A stretch of DNA of 63,034 nt, counting the filler, from Catajapyx aquilonaris (taxonomy: Eukaryota), in the NCBI GenBank assembly GCA_000934665.2. It is 4 parts of 4 records of this genome, joined end to end, with 100 filler letters (N's around TTAATTAATTAA, not from the genome) between each part and the next. Parts side by side here need not be neighbours in the genome. Positions count along the whole stretch, not along the records: positions 47,359 to 63,034 come from JYFJ02007430.1; 3 more parts are not named here. One strand, given 5' to 3'. The notes under the pieces are model-generated. The model did not search any database. It saw nothing but the letters and a program-made list of their open reading frames with translations, and was not told where the DNA came from. A program made the translations under genes and the position numbers. The first letter of the stretch is position 1. Every line of letters begins with the position of its first letter. Positions 52,147-63,034 of this stretch are shown here, in pieces.

Positions 52147-53120
52147 AAAGGTGCTTACAAAATATAGTGGTGTATTAGTACATAAGGTGGAAATAACGAG
52201 GGAAATAAACTATGATAACGAAGTTACAATTTGCCAAATATTCTGCTTTCCATATACCTATCTGCATACTGCATACTGATTAATGAAATTATCCACAAAA
52301 ATTCAAAATTAGGTCACCCTTAAATCAGGCAGGGCAAAAAAATATCCCTCATTGTCTTCTGCTGTCTCATTCTTGCCAAATGTACCAGAAAAAGAATGAT
52401 TTTGACGTTTTCAGCAAGTGTTACATGAGTGAGAGGTGAGAAAATCACCCCTGCTCCAGTATACAGTGCTTTCCTCATGTGGGAAAGGAAGCTTAGTTGT
52501 TGAAAGCAGCATATTTTCCCACCGAGGGGCCAAGAAATAGTCTGTTCCACCTGAGGTGATGTGAAATTGAGTATGTTATATCAGGAGAAAGAAATATACA
52601 GGGCCTTATAAAAGTACGCCTGAACTGGCCTTTCAAGTCTGTTATAACCAAGCTGAGGCTGTTATATCCTGATTCAGCTGTACTGTACCAGTACTGCCCT
52701 TCAAGCACATGAAGGTAGATTGCTGTTCCCAAGAGTCTTCTCATGCTGAAGAACTCCTTTCACCAGGTCATCCATAGTCTGGCAGTCAAACTTGTTTGAG
52801 AACAGACGTGGGACTTCAGGAGTGCATCCACATAGTCCAGCGTTACTCACTGTCAGATCACAGTGGATGTCTATCTCAGGGTTCTCTTGAAATTACTCAA
52901 GTGGTGGAAGCCCAGCCTCCTTCCATTAGCACAATGTCAGTCAGTGCCAGGGTGGGTCACAGGCAAAATATCAACATCAGGTCATCTTGATTGGTCGTCT
53001 GGGCAAGCTTTACAGTAGGCAATAGACATAAGACTCATAACAAATGATCAGCCTGTGACTTTCTCACAATATATATTCATCAGAGCCTTCAAAGGTAAGT
53101 TTGAATGACATCTGGATTAA

Positions 53121-54334
53121 CCCATTTGTTCCAAAGGTTGATTTGCTTATGACATTTTAATAATATTTTAAGTCATACGTTAGAAGGCAGAAACTAATAT
53201 AGAAATAATAGTTCAGCGTAAAATTTTAATTACAACAGAAGTTACTAGGCGTCCTTTTTAGAACACTAGGACAATCAGTATAATTTTTTCTCTATACTCA
53301 TTGCTTCACTTTATATTATGCAATGCAATGTGGCAATTCTCACATTGAATGGTGCAGTGCTGGTAGAAATGATGGAATCGTAATAATATCCCAATAATTC
53401 AGGTATTTCAGCCATCGAGTTTCTTAAATTTTTCGAAGGCCTTTCTTGGTTTTCATCTTGGAAAGTATGGGTCCCAAGTTGCATTCTGCAACACCTGGCT
53501 ATACAGGGTGATCTAAAATACTTCTTCGGTTGTTATCGATGTTGTTGGCACTAATCTGCATAATTTAAGCAGTTACTTTAATGTCTCTCAATAGTATAAG
53601 TGGATTGTAGGACACCATTGCTTCCCTTGCTGCCATTCGCCACTCATAAGGGACAACAATGCAAAATTAATATTGTATGGTGGCTTTTCACAACCCTTCT
53701 TGCAACAGTCATACACTGTAATTATTTTTCAAAGCTATAGAAGGATTTATAATTCAAGGAAATAGTTACCGGTACTCAATCGCGCCAGTTCTGAAATAGG
53801 CCATTTTCCCCAAATTCAACTTGTAATATTGTGGCTGATGCAATCACTGAAATGTGATGTATCTTCATTCTCCCACTAGAGCAGACTTTCATGAAGTGGT
53901 TCAGCTTGCTCCTTGTGATTTATATGCACAACTTCAAGAAATAATTTTTTTCCCAACCGTCCTATAGTAAAACTTCTATAAGTCGAACTTCCCTAAGTCG
54001 AAGTTCTCTATAAGTCGAAGAAAATTATGAGCTTGGTTGGTCACAATGTAAACTTCCCTAAAGGCTGCTGGTATCCACTGCTCAATATCAAGGGGTTTTA
54101 ACCCGTTCAACCCCTTGAATCAACCCTTTGAGGGGCTTGAACCAAGTAGAGCACGGCCCTACTTGATTCAACCCTTGAATTCAATGGGTTGAATCAAGTA
54201 CGGCCATGCTCTACAGTCTACTCGGTTCAAGCCCCTCATACTCGTACTCATAACTCGAAGTTTTTTTCCGGTCCCATGGGGGTTCGACTTATAGAAGTTT
54301 TACTATATATTATAGAGTGCTGGGAACAAATGGG
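53121..54334. mobile_element. piggyBac-like non-autonomous element with internal insertions
   Basis: TTAA|CCCATTTGTTCC...GGAACAAATGGG|TTAA. Confidence 0.75.
53965..54304. mobile_element. pogo/Tigger-like MITE containing a palindromic insert at about 54129-54238
   Basis: TA|TAGTAAAACTTCTATAAGTCGAAC...GTTCGACTTATAGAAGTTTTACTA|TA. Confidence 0.8.
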
Positions 54335-54338
54335 TTAA

Positions 54339-54809
54339 CCCTTAACTACGTAGGTGGCTGAAACACCTTTAACTACGTAGGTGGAGCCTGAGAGGCTCCA
54401 ACGGTATATTTAAATTTCTGCTTATCAACTAAATTGTTATATTGGACTTTTCACATACAGAAAGTGCAGTTCAGATCATTAGGCTTCCGAAAACGTAAAA
54501 ATCACACGCTGAGTCAGCATATTCCGACAGGGAAAATTTTTTAATTAAAAGGTTACATCATGTTGGAGCCGCTCAGGCTTCACCTGCATAGGTAGAGCCA
54601 GTATAGAGTCCAGGAGGGACCTGTTCCTCGTTACGAATTTTTTTAAACCAAAGAATAGGGACTAAAAATTTTTTTCTTTCCTTTTCATGCTTAGGAAGGT
54701 TTTTCTGACAAAGTCACGGAAGGACAGGGGAAAATCAAATTCAATGAAAAAGTTACATGCGTTTAAATAGTGCTTGGAGCCTCTCAGGCTCCACCTACGT
54801 AGTTAAGGG
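54339..54809. mobile_element. piggyBac-like MITE sharing a TTAA with the previous element
   Basis: TTAA|CCCTTAACTACGTAGGTGG...CCACCTACGTAGTTAAGGG|TTAA. Confidence 0.85.
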
Positions 54810-56368
54810 TTAATCAAGAGCAAAAGTCGGGGAGCAGAGTCTCCTTGGCATTCAAGTCACAAGGGATGTCCTCAAGAGAGTGTGCTCTATAACACAATGG
54901 CGGACACAGACATGGAGTTGTCATCCCATCTTCATGTTTGCAGGTGGTCCTTTATGAGGTTAAGATGACTTTGCAAACACACACACACACACACACACAC
55001 GCTCCTGGATACCTTCCACACATAGCCTTTGACCAGTGTAGTCCAATATAGGTGTGGTCAAAAGAGGCAGAAGGCACTGCCAAAAGAAAATAGTTAAGAT
55101 TACAAAATTAATGTGACTGAGAAGTGAAATTGAAGCATTGTCACAATTTTATTATTTATTAATGCTTTCGTTTTTTGTCCAGCTGCATGAAATGGACTTG
55201 AATGTTATCCCTGAACCAGGAAAAAATAATACAAACCTACATTTCTCAGAAAAATTAACTCTTATGCACATAAAGATCTCGACATTTTCCTACGCATAAT
55301 TCAGTGCTTTGCAAACTCATGAGTGACGGTACCTTAGTTTCACACACAAGAAAATTATTATTATTATTAGATTATTATTCACTTCCAAAACTTCCCTAGG
55401 AACTATCATAGCCTGGGCCAAAAAATTCATGTGAGAGACAATGAAAAATAAAAATAATCCAACTCGGCCATCTTCTTTTACTCTCTACAACCAGCTCTTG
55501 CTACAACTCTTGGCTGGATCACCACCATAAAACCCTGTCAGACTTTCTTGAAGTATGAAAGGTGCCTTGAGCTTGTCAATCAAGTAGTCTGTTGATTTTT
55601 GGCATATCAGTCCATTTCCATAAACCAGTGTTACACAGTCACATTGGGGCCAACGTTCTCTCAATAATAAATCACATTTCAGTGAAAGCTGCCTCCACAT
55701 CTTTTGTTTTCCCTGCCGCACAAGTTGAGTTCTGGAGGAATTTGTAGGAGGGCTAACTCCTGCACATGCGTAACAAAGCTTGTTTCCAGTATGACAGAAG
55801 CACATGTCATGAAATGCAGTTAACTCCGGATATATGAGCTTTGACTATAAGCAACCCTTGTCGCTCGGTTATAGCCAACTTGAAAGATTGGTCCCAGCAT
55901 ACTACTTGCATGTACAGTATCCATCAGTATGGCCTGTGTATTTGGATATAGGAAACCTTGGTTATAGGATACTGATTTCTGTGTCCCTTGGAGTCACTCA
56001 TATCCTGAGTCTGTTCTTTTAAAAATCCACAGACACCATCACCTGCTCTTTCTTACCTTGCTGATTACCAATAAAAAGTGAAAGACCAGTAGGCATGTGC
56101 CTTGACAACTTCCACACCATTACACTGTAAGTGTACCCCAATCTATCGGAAAATACTCAGAACTCAGCCTGAAAGCTTCATTACTTATGGGTACCTATAT
56201 GCCATTGGCAGACAGGTTGATTATCATATCATATCGTCAGGTGTGTACACTTACTGAGGTTAGGAATGAGGCTGCTAAGTTGCCATCTTGAAGTCACATT
56301 GCTGTCACTGCCAAAGGAAAAATCCCATGGGTGTGTTCCCATTGCAGTTGATCATGGGCAATGTACTA

Positions 56369-57266
56369 CAGGGTGGGCCAGACTCAATTAGGCAATCTTT
56401 GATCATTAATTAATCAATAACCAATTCATCCAAAGGTACAGGGTGAAGTGACATTTGCTGTCGATAGACGGCTCTGTCATATGCCATGAAGGAGGGCAAT
56501 GCTATGCGCATGCGCAGGAGAGAAAACATGGCCAGGCTCAATTAGGCAGTTTTTGATTCATGTTATTTTTATTGATGAGTGTTAATAATATTGAAAAGGG
56601 TACAAAAAGCGAATAACCCACACAAAAGTCATCGATTTTCAAGGTAGTGGTCGACCTGGGCACCCTCTGGGTCAACACAGGCTTGCAGACGCAAAGCAAC
56701 AATTTCACACGCCTTCCTGCACATGTCAACCGGGACATTGTTGAATTCCTGAACAATTACATGACGCAAATGTTGTTCACTGTCGTCTGTCAATGGGGCT
56801 AGCGTACACCTTATCCTTTGGGGTTACCTGAAGGATAAGGTGTACGCTAAACCCATTGACAGTGAACAACATTTGCGTCAGGTGATTGTTCAGGAATTCA
56901 ACAATGTCCCGGTTGACATGTGCAGGAAGGCGTGTGAAAATGTGCCTTTGCATTTGCAAGCCTGTGTTGACTCAGAGGGTGCCCAGGTCGACCACTACCT
57001 TGAAAATCGATTATCGGTTATTCGCTTTTTGTACCCTTTTCAATATTATTAACATTCATCAATAAAAATAACATGTAATCAAAAACTGCCTAATTGAGTC
57101 CGGCCCTGTTTTCTCTCCTGCGCATGCGCATAGCATTGAGCTCCTTCATGGCATATGACAGAGCCGTCTATCGACAACAAATGGCACTTCACCCTGTACC
57201 TTTGGATGAATTGGTTATTGATTAATTAATGATCAAAGACTGCCTAATTGAGTCTGGCCCACCCTG
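56369..57266. mobile_element. Fold-back Tc1/mariner derivative (898 bp, almost wholly palindromic) carrying the transposase C-terminus in both arms
   Basis: TA|CAGGGTGGGCCAGACTCAATTAGGCA...TGCCTAATTGAGTCTGGCCCACCCTG|TA; centre near 56820; LWGYLKDKVYAKP...LQACVDSEGAQVDHYL. Confidence 0.9.
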
Positions 57267-57341
57267 TATATCGCTCAAAAACATAGAGACGATTTTGCAT
57301 TTGACTCAAGTGCAAAATCGTCTCTGTTTTTGAGCGATATA
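57267..57341. repeat. Small hairpin / mini-MITE
   Basis: TATATCGCTCAAAAAC..AGAGACGATTTTGCA pairs with TGCAAAATCGTCTCTGTTTTTGAGCGATATA. Confidence 0.8.
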
Positions 57342-58031
57342 GTACATGAAAGAGTGCAAAAGCTGTTTATGATTATGGCACATGTTCCGCAGCCTCTCAG
57401 CACCAAGTAGACATGGGAATCATTTCATCCAAAAAATTATTACTTCTGGTGCAGTCTTGTGCCATAAAATGTTCTAAAATGAGAAATGTTACAGCATTTC
57501 ATCAACATAAAGATGGTAATGATACTAACCATTGTACTATATGTTGTGTCCTTTTTGGTTCACAGGGATCAGGTTTTCTGGCCCCATAAAGTCTAATCAC
57601 CATGTATCATGTGGAGACTGTTCCTGTTTTTTATGCTCCAGATCAAGTTCCCAACCAGTACATGCAAGGATGTCATATTTTCTTAGTCCCATTTTGACTG
57701 CTAATGAAATTGCTAGAAAAATTTGACTTAAACATGTAGACCTACTGTATATGCTGCAGTGAAGGAAAATAAGGAGAATGGCCACCAGTAATAAACAAAT
57801 ATCTCAAAATGCTACACCTAACTAAGTTGGTTCTACTACAGTCTATGCAGTCTGACCCTGTCCTATGCTAGATAGCCTGTAATTGCTCTGATACCCCCAA
57901 TAAACCAAACCAAAGCAAACCACATAGCTAATGCAGCCACCAGCTCATAGCTGAGAGGGCATGGAGGGTCCTGCTCATTTCCTCCCAGCAGCCAATCATG
58001 AACATGGACATGCATGATTTTGATACTATTA

Positions 58032-59048
58032 TCGGATTTTTAAATACTGGCCTCTGTATTCGACTCTAAATAACTCCCAGGAAAATGGTCCAAAAATTGA
58101 CTTTATACATCGTTATAAAGCTAGTTTAAATATACGTAACATATATGCGAGTTGTTTACCTATCTTCATTGCTTAATTTTTTATCGCAAGAAGAACACGA
58201 AAAAGGGTCATTTTTTTACGTTGCAGACGTTACACCGCAAAATGAATTTTTAATGACCGTTCTCAGAGGCCAAAATATTCCCCGTGTGAACCCTGGATAG
58301 TTCAAATCTTTGTCTATCTAATGATATATTTGAAATTTAGAAATCACCATTTGTGTAATCATAATTAAGCTAATTGCACACCTCAGTTATCTCGGCCCTT
58401 TCTCATTCGAATTACTGTGCGAATGTATTGACGGCAAGCCAGAAAGGTGTGATAAAATTACACTGTGCTCTGTTACACTAAATTTTTTAAACATTTAAAA
58501 GTATCGCCATGTATTCCTGCCAGAAAGCGGCTGGGTACTTGTCTATTAAACTTACTAAAACAATACTTTTACAATTTTGAGTGCAATAGAGCACAGTGTA
58601 ATTTTATCACGCACATTTCTGACTTGCTGTCAATACATTCGCGAAGTAGGGCCCTAATTCGGATGAGAAACAGCTGAGATAACTGAGGTGTGCAATTAAC
58701 TTCATTATGATTACACAAATGGCGATTTCTAAGTTTCAAATGTATCATTAGATAGACAAAGATTTGCACAATCGAGGGTTATTCACAGGGGGAATTTTTT
58801 GGCCTCCGAGAAGTCTCATAAAAAGTTCATATTTCGGCGTAACATTGGCAACTAGTCAAAAATGACACCTTTCCGTGTTCTTCTTGCGATAAAAAATAAC
58901 ACAATGAAGATAATTATGTAAACAACTCGCATATATATGTTACGTAGATTTAAACAAGCTTTCTAACGATGTATGGTGTTATTTTTTTGGACCATTTTCC
59001 TGGGAGTTATTTAGAGTCAAACACTGGGGCCAGTATTTAAAAATCCGG
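58032..59048. mobile_element. ~1-kb fold-back DNA transposon derivative
   Basis: TA|TCGGATTTTTAAATACTGGCC...GGCCAGTATTTAAAAATCCGG|TA; arms of over 400 bp pair throughout. Confidence 0.88.
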
Positions 59049-59121
59049 TAGTAGATTGCCTGACAGGAATGAGCAGACGAGGTAAAGTTGTGGATAGCTC
59101 CCCCTCCCTCTCCCCCCAAGT

Positions 59122-59360
59122 GAGGGGTGTGGTGGAAAAAGGTGATTTTTGTCATTTTTAACCTAAACACCTAGCAACTATGTAAAAGACATGAAAAACA
59201 GTGTGGTATACTCCAAGTTCACGTATAATGCATGATACGGCCACATGGACTATATCAAAACCCGTATTCCGTATGATTTGTTAAGAGAATGCAAACTTCA
59301 ATTCGCTCTCTTGAAAAATTACATGTTTGTGGGTTATCACCTTTTTCCACCACATTCCTC
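59122..59360. mobile_element. Sola-like MITE (copy of 33459)
   Basis: AAGT|GAGGGGTGTGGTGGAAAAAGGTGAT...ATCACCTTTTTCCACCACATTCCTC|AAGT. Confidence 0.75.
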
Positions 59361-59642
59361 AAGTGTGAAATAGCATTTATCCGATTTCAAAGTACCGTAC
59401 CATTTAGTAGGCCTACTGTTAATTAGAAGTTTGCTTTAGGGTATATCTTTTGAGGCACAGTTAAACAAAAAATGTTCTGAAAGAATGGAGGGTTCCAATT
59501 GAAGAGGACACTCATATCATGCAACCTATGCACAAATCACCACAATTGATATTTAATTTCAGTACTATTTCAGCTCACTCTGGATGGTAACATACTGAAG
59601 GATTTATGAGATAGCAATAGTGGCACTAGTAAACACTTCTAA

Positions 59643-59767
59643 GGGCCGGTTTCACCGAGCTTGGTATATGATAAAACCAGGTTTCTTTAGGAAAATCCAT
59701 ACAAATAGATAGGGATTTTGAGAAATACCCTGGTTTTATCATATACTGAGCTCGGTGAAACCGGCCC
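59643..59767. mobile_element. PIF/Harbinger (Tourist-like) MITE
   Basis: TAA|GGGCCGGTTTCACCGAGCT...AGCTCGGTGAAACCGGCCC|TAA. Confidence 0.88.
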
Positions 59768-59936
59768 TAAGTAGGCTAGACCATGTAGAAAAACATCCAG
59801 ACAGAAAAAGACAAAACCCTACAGGGTCCCACATATTTCCACTGAAATGATAAGGGCATCAGCAAGAGCTCTACTCCTAGCACAAGGGATGTACTGTATA
59901 TCCCTGATAAGACCACTCTGTAGGTTTCAATGATAG

Positions 59937-60112
59937 TAGTAAAAAACTTTGATATAACACTCGGCATAATAACGCTTTCCCGCTTTTAACGCCCCTTTTT
60001 TCTGGTCCCTTGATCATTACCATAAGGTAAATTTTCTCCCATATAACGCTATCCCGCTTATAACGCTACTTTTGGGTGGTCCCTTGAAGAGTGTTATACT
60101 AAGGTTTTACTG
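59937..60112. mobile_element. pogo/Tigger-like MITE
   Basis: TAGTAAAAAACTTTGATATAACACTC...GAGTGTTATACTAAGGTTTTACTG|TA with internal GGTCCCTTG repeats. Confidence 0.65.
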
Positions 60113-61134
60113 TATTTGATTTGTCCATGAATGCTTTGAGAGGAGGAAAGCACATGAAGCTTGCTTGAGGCAGCTACTGAATGACCAATCTAGAATGGCA
60201 TCTGGAAAGACTGCAATGTGACATCAGACTTGGTCACTTCCAGCTGCATGGGAGGCAGGCTAGCAAGTGCAGACCAATATCATCACCCCACTATGCCCAC
60301 CCCCAACAAGCTAATGTGCCTATAATGATCCACTCAAAACAGACAGGTCCCAAGTAATGAAGGGCATTCTTTTTAGGTCCCACTCTATAGGATGGCATTA
60401 AAATTTTTCTGATGATTGTTGCTCACTTCACACCCAAGTTTTATGAAAATGAGTCCTAGGTTCCTAAGACATGAAGGCAGCTACCCATGGCTGCTTCTAT
60501 GCCTGTCCTTGTACCATATTTTTGGTTTTGTCCTTTGGATCCACCAATCAGCAATGACCTCTCCATCCTTGTCTCCATCTGAAAAGGTCAATCGAAGTTT
60601 TCGAAGGTTGGGAGCAAGGACAGAGCAGCCCATTCTGATTGGTGACTACGAAGGACAATGTCACATTCACATCTGCCACATCTCAAAACGAGTCATTGCT
60701 CCTCTCTTGTACATGATTTCTCCTTTTTGTTTCTTACGCACACATGTCAATCAAAACTCATGTATCCATCTCACACTGGTGTGAGTGGATTGTATGTAAC
60801 AGGATTGTTTCCTTTAAAAATTCACTAGTAATTAATTTCTCTCTAGTAACCTTGTACATGTTCACATGGAAACTTCTCCAGCAAAGAGGACACTTGTGAA
60901 AAGAACTAGATGTTACTGCATGTATAATCCTAGAAGCTCAGGCCATCTATTTTATTGAGGCTAAGAAAAACCAAGAAGTACATGCTGCTGTTTTTTGTGG
61001 GATTACAGGACTTTTTAAAGTGGTTAGTGACATACACTGGAATGAAACGGGTCAGTCTTGGCATCCGTCTTCGTCAATTTAAAAATTAGCGGTAAACTCA
61101 ATACCTGGCGTTAAGTTTGAAAAAACAAAGACAG

Positions 61135-61572
61135 TTAAGGTGTGATATTTCTAGGAGACGATGCTGTGGAAGGTGGGTTTCCACTCCCTCCTTGTTGAGC
61201 TCTACGAATGTATAGGTGAAGGAGTTTCAGCTTGCTTCCATTTAGAGGTGTCAGCAATGGTGCCATTATGTCTTCCCCAAAGAGCTGATGCAGTGACACC
61301 ATACAAAAGACAGCTGCCTTCCGGACACTGCTCTCCAGGCTGTCATAAGCCTTGATGAGACCGTCCACAACATCCGGGAGGTGCCGAGACAGAGCCTCTT
61401 GCCGGGAAGAGTCCATGGTGCATGACTCCGTCAGGCGGGTCATCATTTTTACAGCTGCTTGGTTCACAGGGTATTCACCAGTTTTGATGATAGGATTTAA
61501 AACAGGGATCACTTGGTCTGGGGAGAGGCCCAAGGCAGCCTCACCAGCGCAAGCTTCTGCTGAGCGTAAAAC
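61135..61572 (-). CDS. CLASP1: CLIP-associating protein (CLASP/Orbit/MAST), last coding exon
   Basis: TACAG|VLRSAEAC...AYDSLESSVRKAAVFCMVSLH...LNGSKLKLLHLYIRRAQ matches the CLASP C-terminal domain; TAA stop; AATAAA on - at 60951-60956. Confidence 0.94.
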   Translation of the reverse strand, partial: VLRSAEACAGEAALGLSPDQVIPVLNPIIKTGEYPVNQAAVKMMTRLTESCTMDSSRQEALSRHLPDVVDGLIKAYDSLESSVRKAAVFCMVSLHQLFGEDIMAPLLTPLNGSKLKLLHLYIRRAQQGGSGNPPSTASSPRNITP

Positions 61573-61655
61573 CTGTACACAGAAAGGTTGGATATGACTC
61601 TCATGGTCATACTAGCATGACTAGGCAATACTTTCAAAACATTTGAGGGACATAC

Positions 61656-61833
61656 ATCTTTGTCTGGATCCCGATGTGCCTCCAGGACCTTCATCAGAAG
61701 AAGCTCTGTAAATCCTTGGAAGCAATCTGTCAGCTGCGGTTGACGAACCATTTCGGAGAGTGCCACCAGTGACTGACAACGAACATTATGATTTTCGTCT
61801 CGCAAACGCTCCAGCAGGACCCGAAATAAGATT
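61656..61833 (-). CDS. CLASP1: CLASP penultimate exon
   Basis: TTTTAG|..ILFRVLLERLRDE...TELLLMKVLEAHRDPDKD|GTATGT; phases match both neighbours. Confidence 0.92.
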
Positions 61834-61894
61834 CTAAAATATAATTATGATTACAAATCTCTCCTGCACATAAAATTAATTGTCAAAAACTTAC

Positions 61895-62208
61895 TTAAAG
61901 TTTTCCATGATGACCTTTGGATGGCCATCCCGGATCATTTGCAATATTTTCCTTATAATCATATGCCTATCTTCTGGGCGTGTTGCTAGGGAATTGCTCC
62001 CAATTTCATCCACCAGCCGTATCAATGTTGTAGCCCCATTTTCTAGACCTTGCTCAAGTATGACGCCATTTCCTTGTCCACCAGGAACTCCATTATTCAT
62101 GGAAGTGTCACTTTCCATTGTCATCTTACCCAGGCCATTAAGGTCCCTCACAAACACTTGCCGGTGATGGTGTGATGGTGAAGACAGACCAGATGATCTG
62201 CCTGATCC
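61895..62208 (-). CDS. CLASP1: CLASP internal exon; upstream exons lie beyond the window
   Basis: TTGCAG|GSGRSSG...IMENFK split AA|GTAAGT, in phase with the next exon. Confidence 0.85.
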
Positions 62209-63034
62209 CTGCAAGTCACATCCTTCATTAGTGGTCAGAGAGACATATGACTGCAGTAATCTGGAGTATGGTTCTAGTCTTAGGAATCCTTATCTGTCTC
62301 TCTTGTTAAATAGTTCCAGGAAACAATAAATTCTGAGAAATACTGAGGAATGCTGTAACTCCAGGGAAAACTTTATGACCTAAAATAAGGCACATACATA
62401 TGGATTTCCGTGCTTGGCTGCACAGATGTGCCTATGACATCAAAATACAGATATGTTTTGCTTAAATTCATAGTATTGCAGCTGCTCTAATTTAGGAGGA
62501 CAAGTTATTCAAATGCTATCAAAAATTGATCCTTCATATGCTATCCCGGTTGCAGGATGGTTGAGCAGTTATGTTACTGGTTACGCATGAAATTCTGTAT
62601 ATAACAGTATCGGATGATAAGAGTGAATCGTGTTAACATTTCAAGATATGTCAACACAGATCAATCAAAGCGACTGGCTGAGTCAAAAAGAACACAATAA
62701 GATCATCAATAAGAAAATTTAAGAAGAGAAGCAGGAATTCTGTATAGCATATATCAATGATTTTTTCAATAAAAGGCTAAGCAAAAATCTCTCATGTGGC
62801 AGGACTGTATGATAGTGCAAACCACAGCACCACTAGCAGAGTATTATTTGGCAAGGAACAAACAAGTCAAATTAGACATGTTACATTTTCCTTCCCTATA
62901 TGCTGCTACCACACTACACAGTTGTCCTGCCGGAAAAGTCACATCTGCATATTTCAATAAGACCATGTTTTTGGCCAACTAGAAAGAACACAACCTTATT
63001 GCAAAGTGCACGCAGATTTTTTTTTTTTTGGGGG

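Noticed and set aside
56777..57052. ORFs 56840-57052 (+) and 56777-56959 (-) as functional genes
   Set aside because: Mirror-image transposase C-terminal remnants of the fold-back element; no catalytic domain

Overview
Eukaryotic (invertebrate, arthropod-like) genomic DNA. It is not one locus: four near-equal segments (15,677 / 15,695 / 15,686 / 15,676 bp) are joined by artificial N44-TTAATTAATTAA-N44 linkers. Segments 1-2 (1-31472) have no recognisable coding exons. They are CpG-rich and carry MITEs, Helitron-like pieces, a minisatellite, a perfect hairpin and a candidate recursive splice site. Segment 3 holds the last four exons of MSH6 and an apparently complete 4-exon CCDC137 (both +), separated by a mariner relic interrupted by an R1-like retrotransposon. 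Segment 4 holds the last three exons of CLASP (-). About 13.3 kb further downstream on the same strand lies a lone terminal coding exon of cytoplasmic poly(A)-binding protein (VEEAVAVLQAH...), missed by the ORF track, with no other PABP exon found in between. This suggests a same-strand nested or interleaved gene arrangement and is the most interesting observation. Segments 3-4 are dense in nested MITEs (Tc1/mariner, pogo-like, hAT, piggyBac, PIF/Harbinger, Sola-like), two ~0.9-1 kb fold-back elements and three tRNA-derived SINE families (one V-SINE-like) with (ATT)n tails. All family assignments come from motif recognition by eye; no searches were run.
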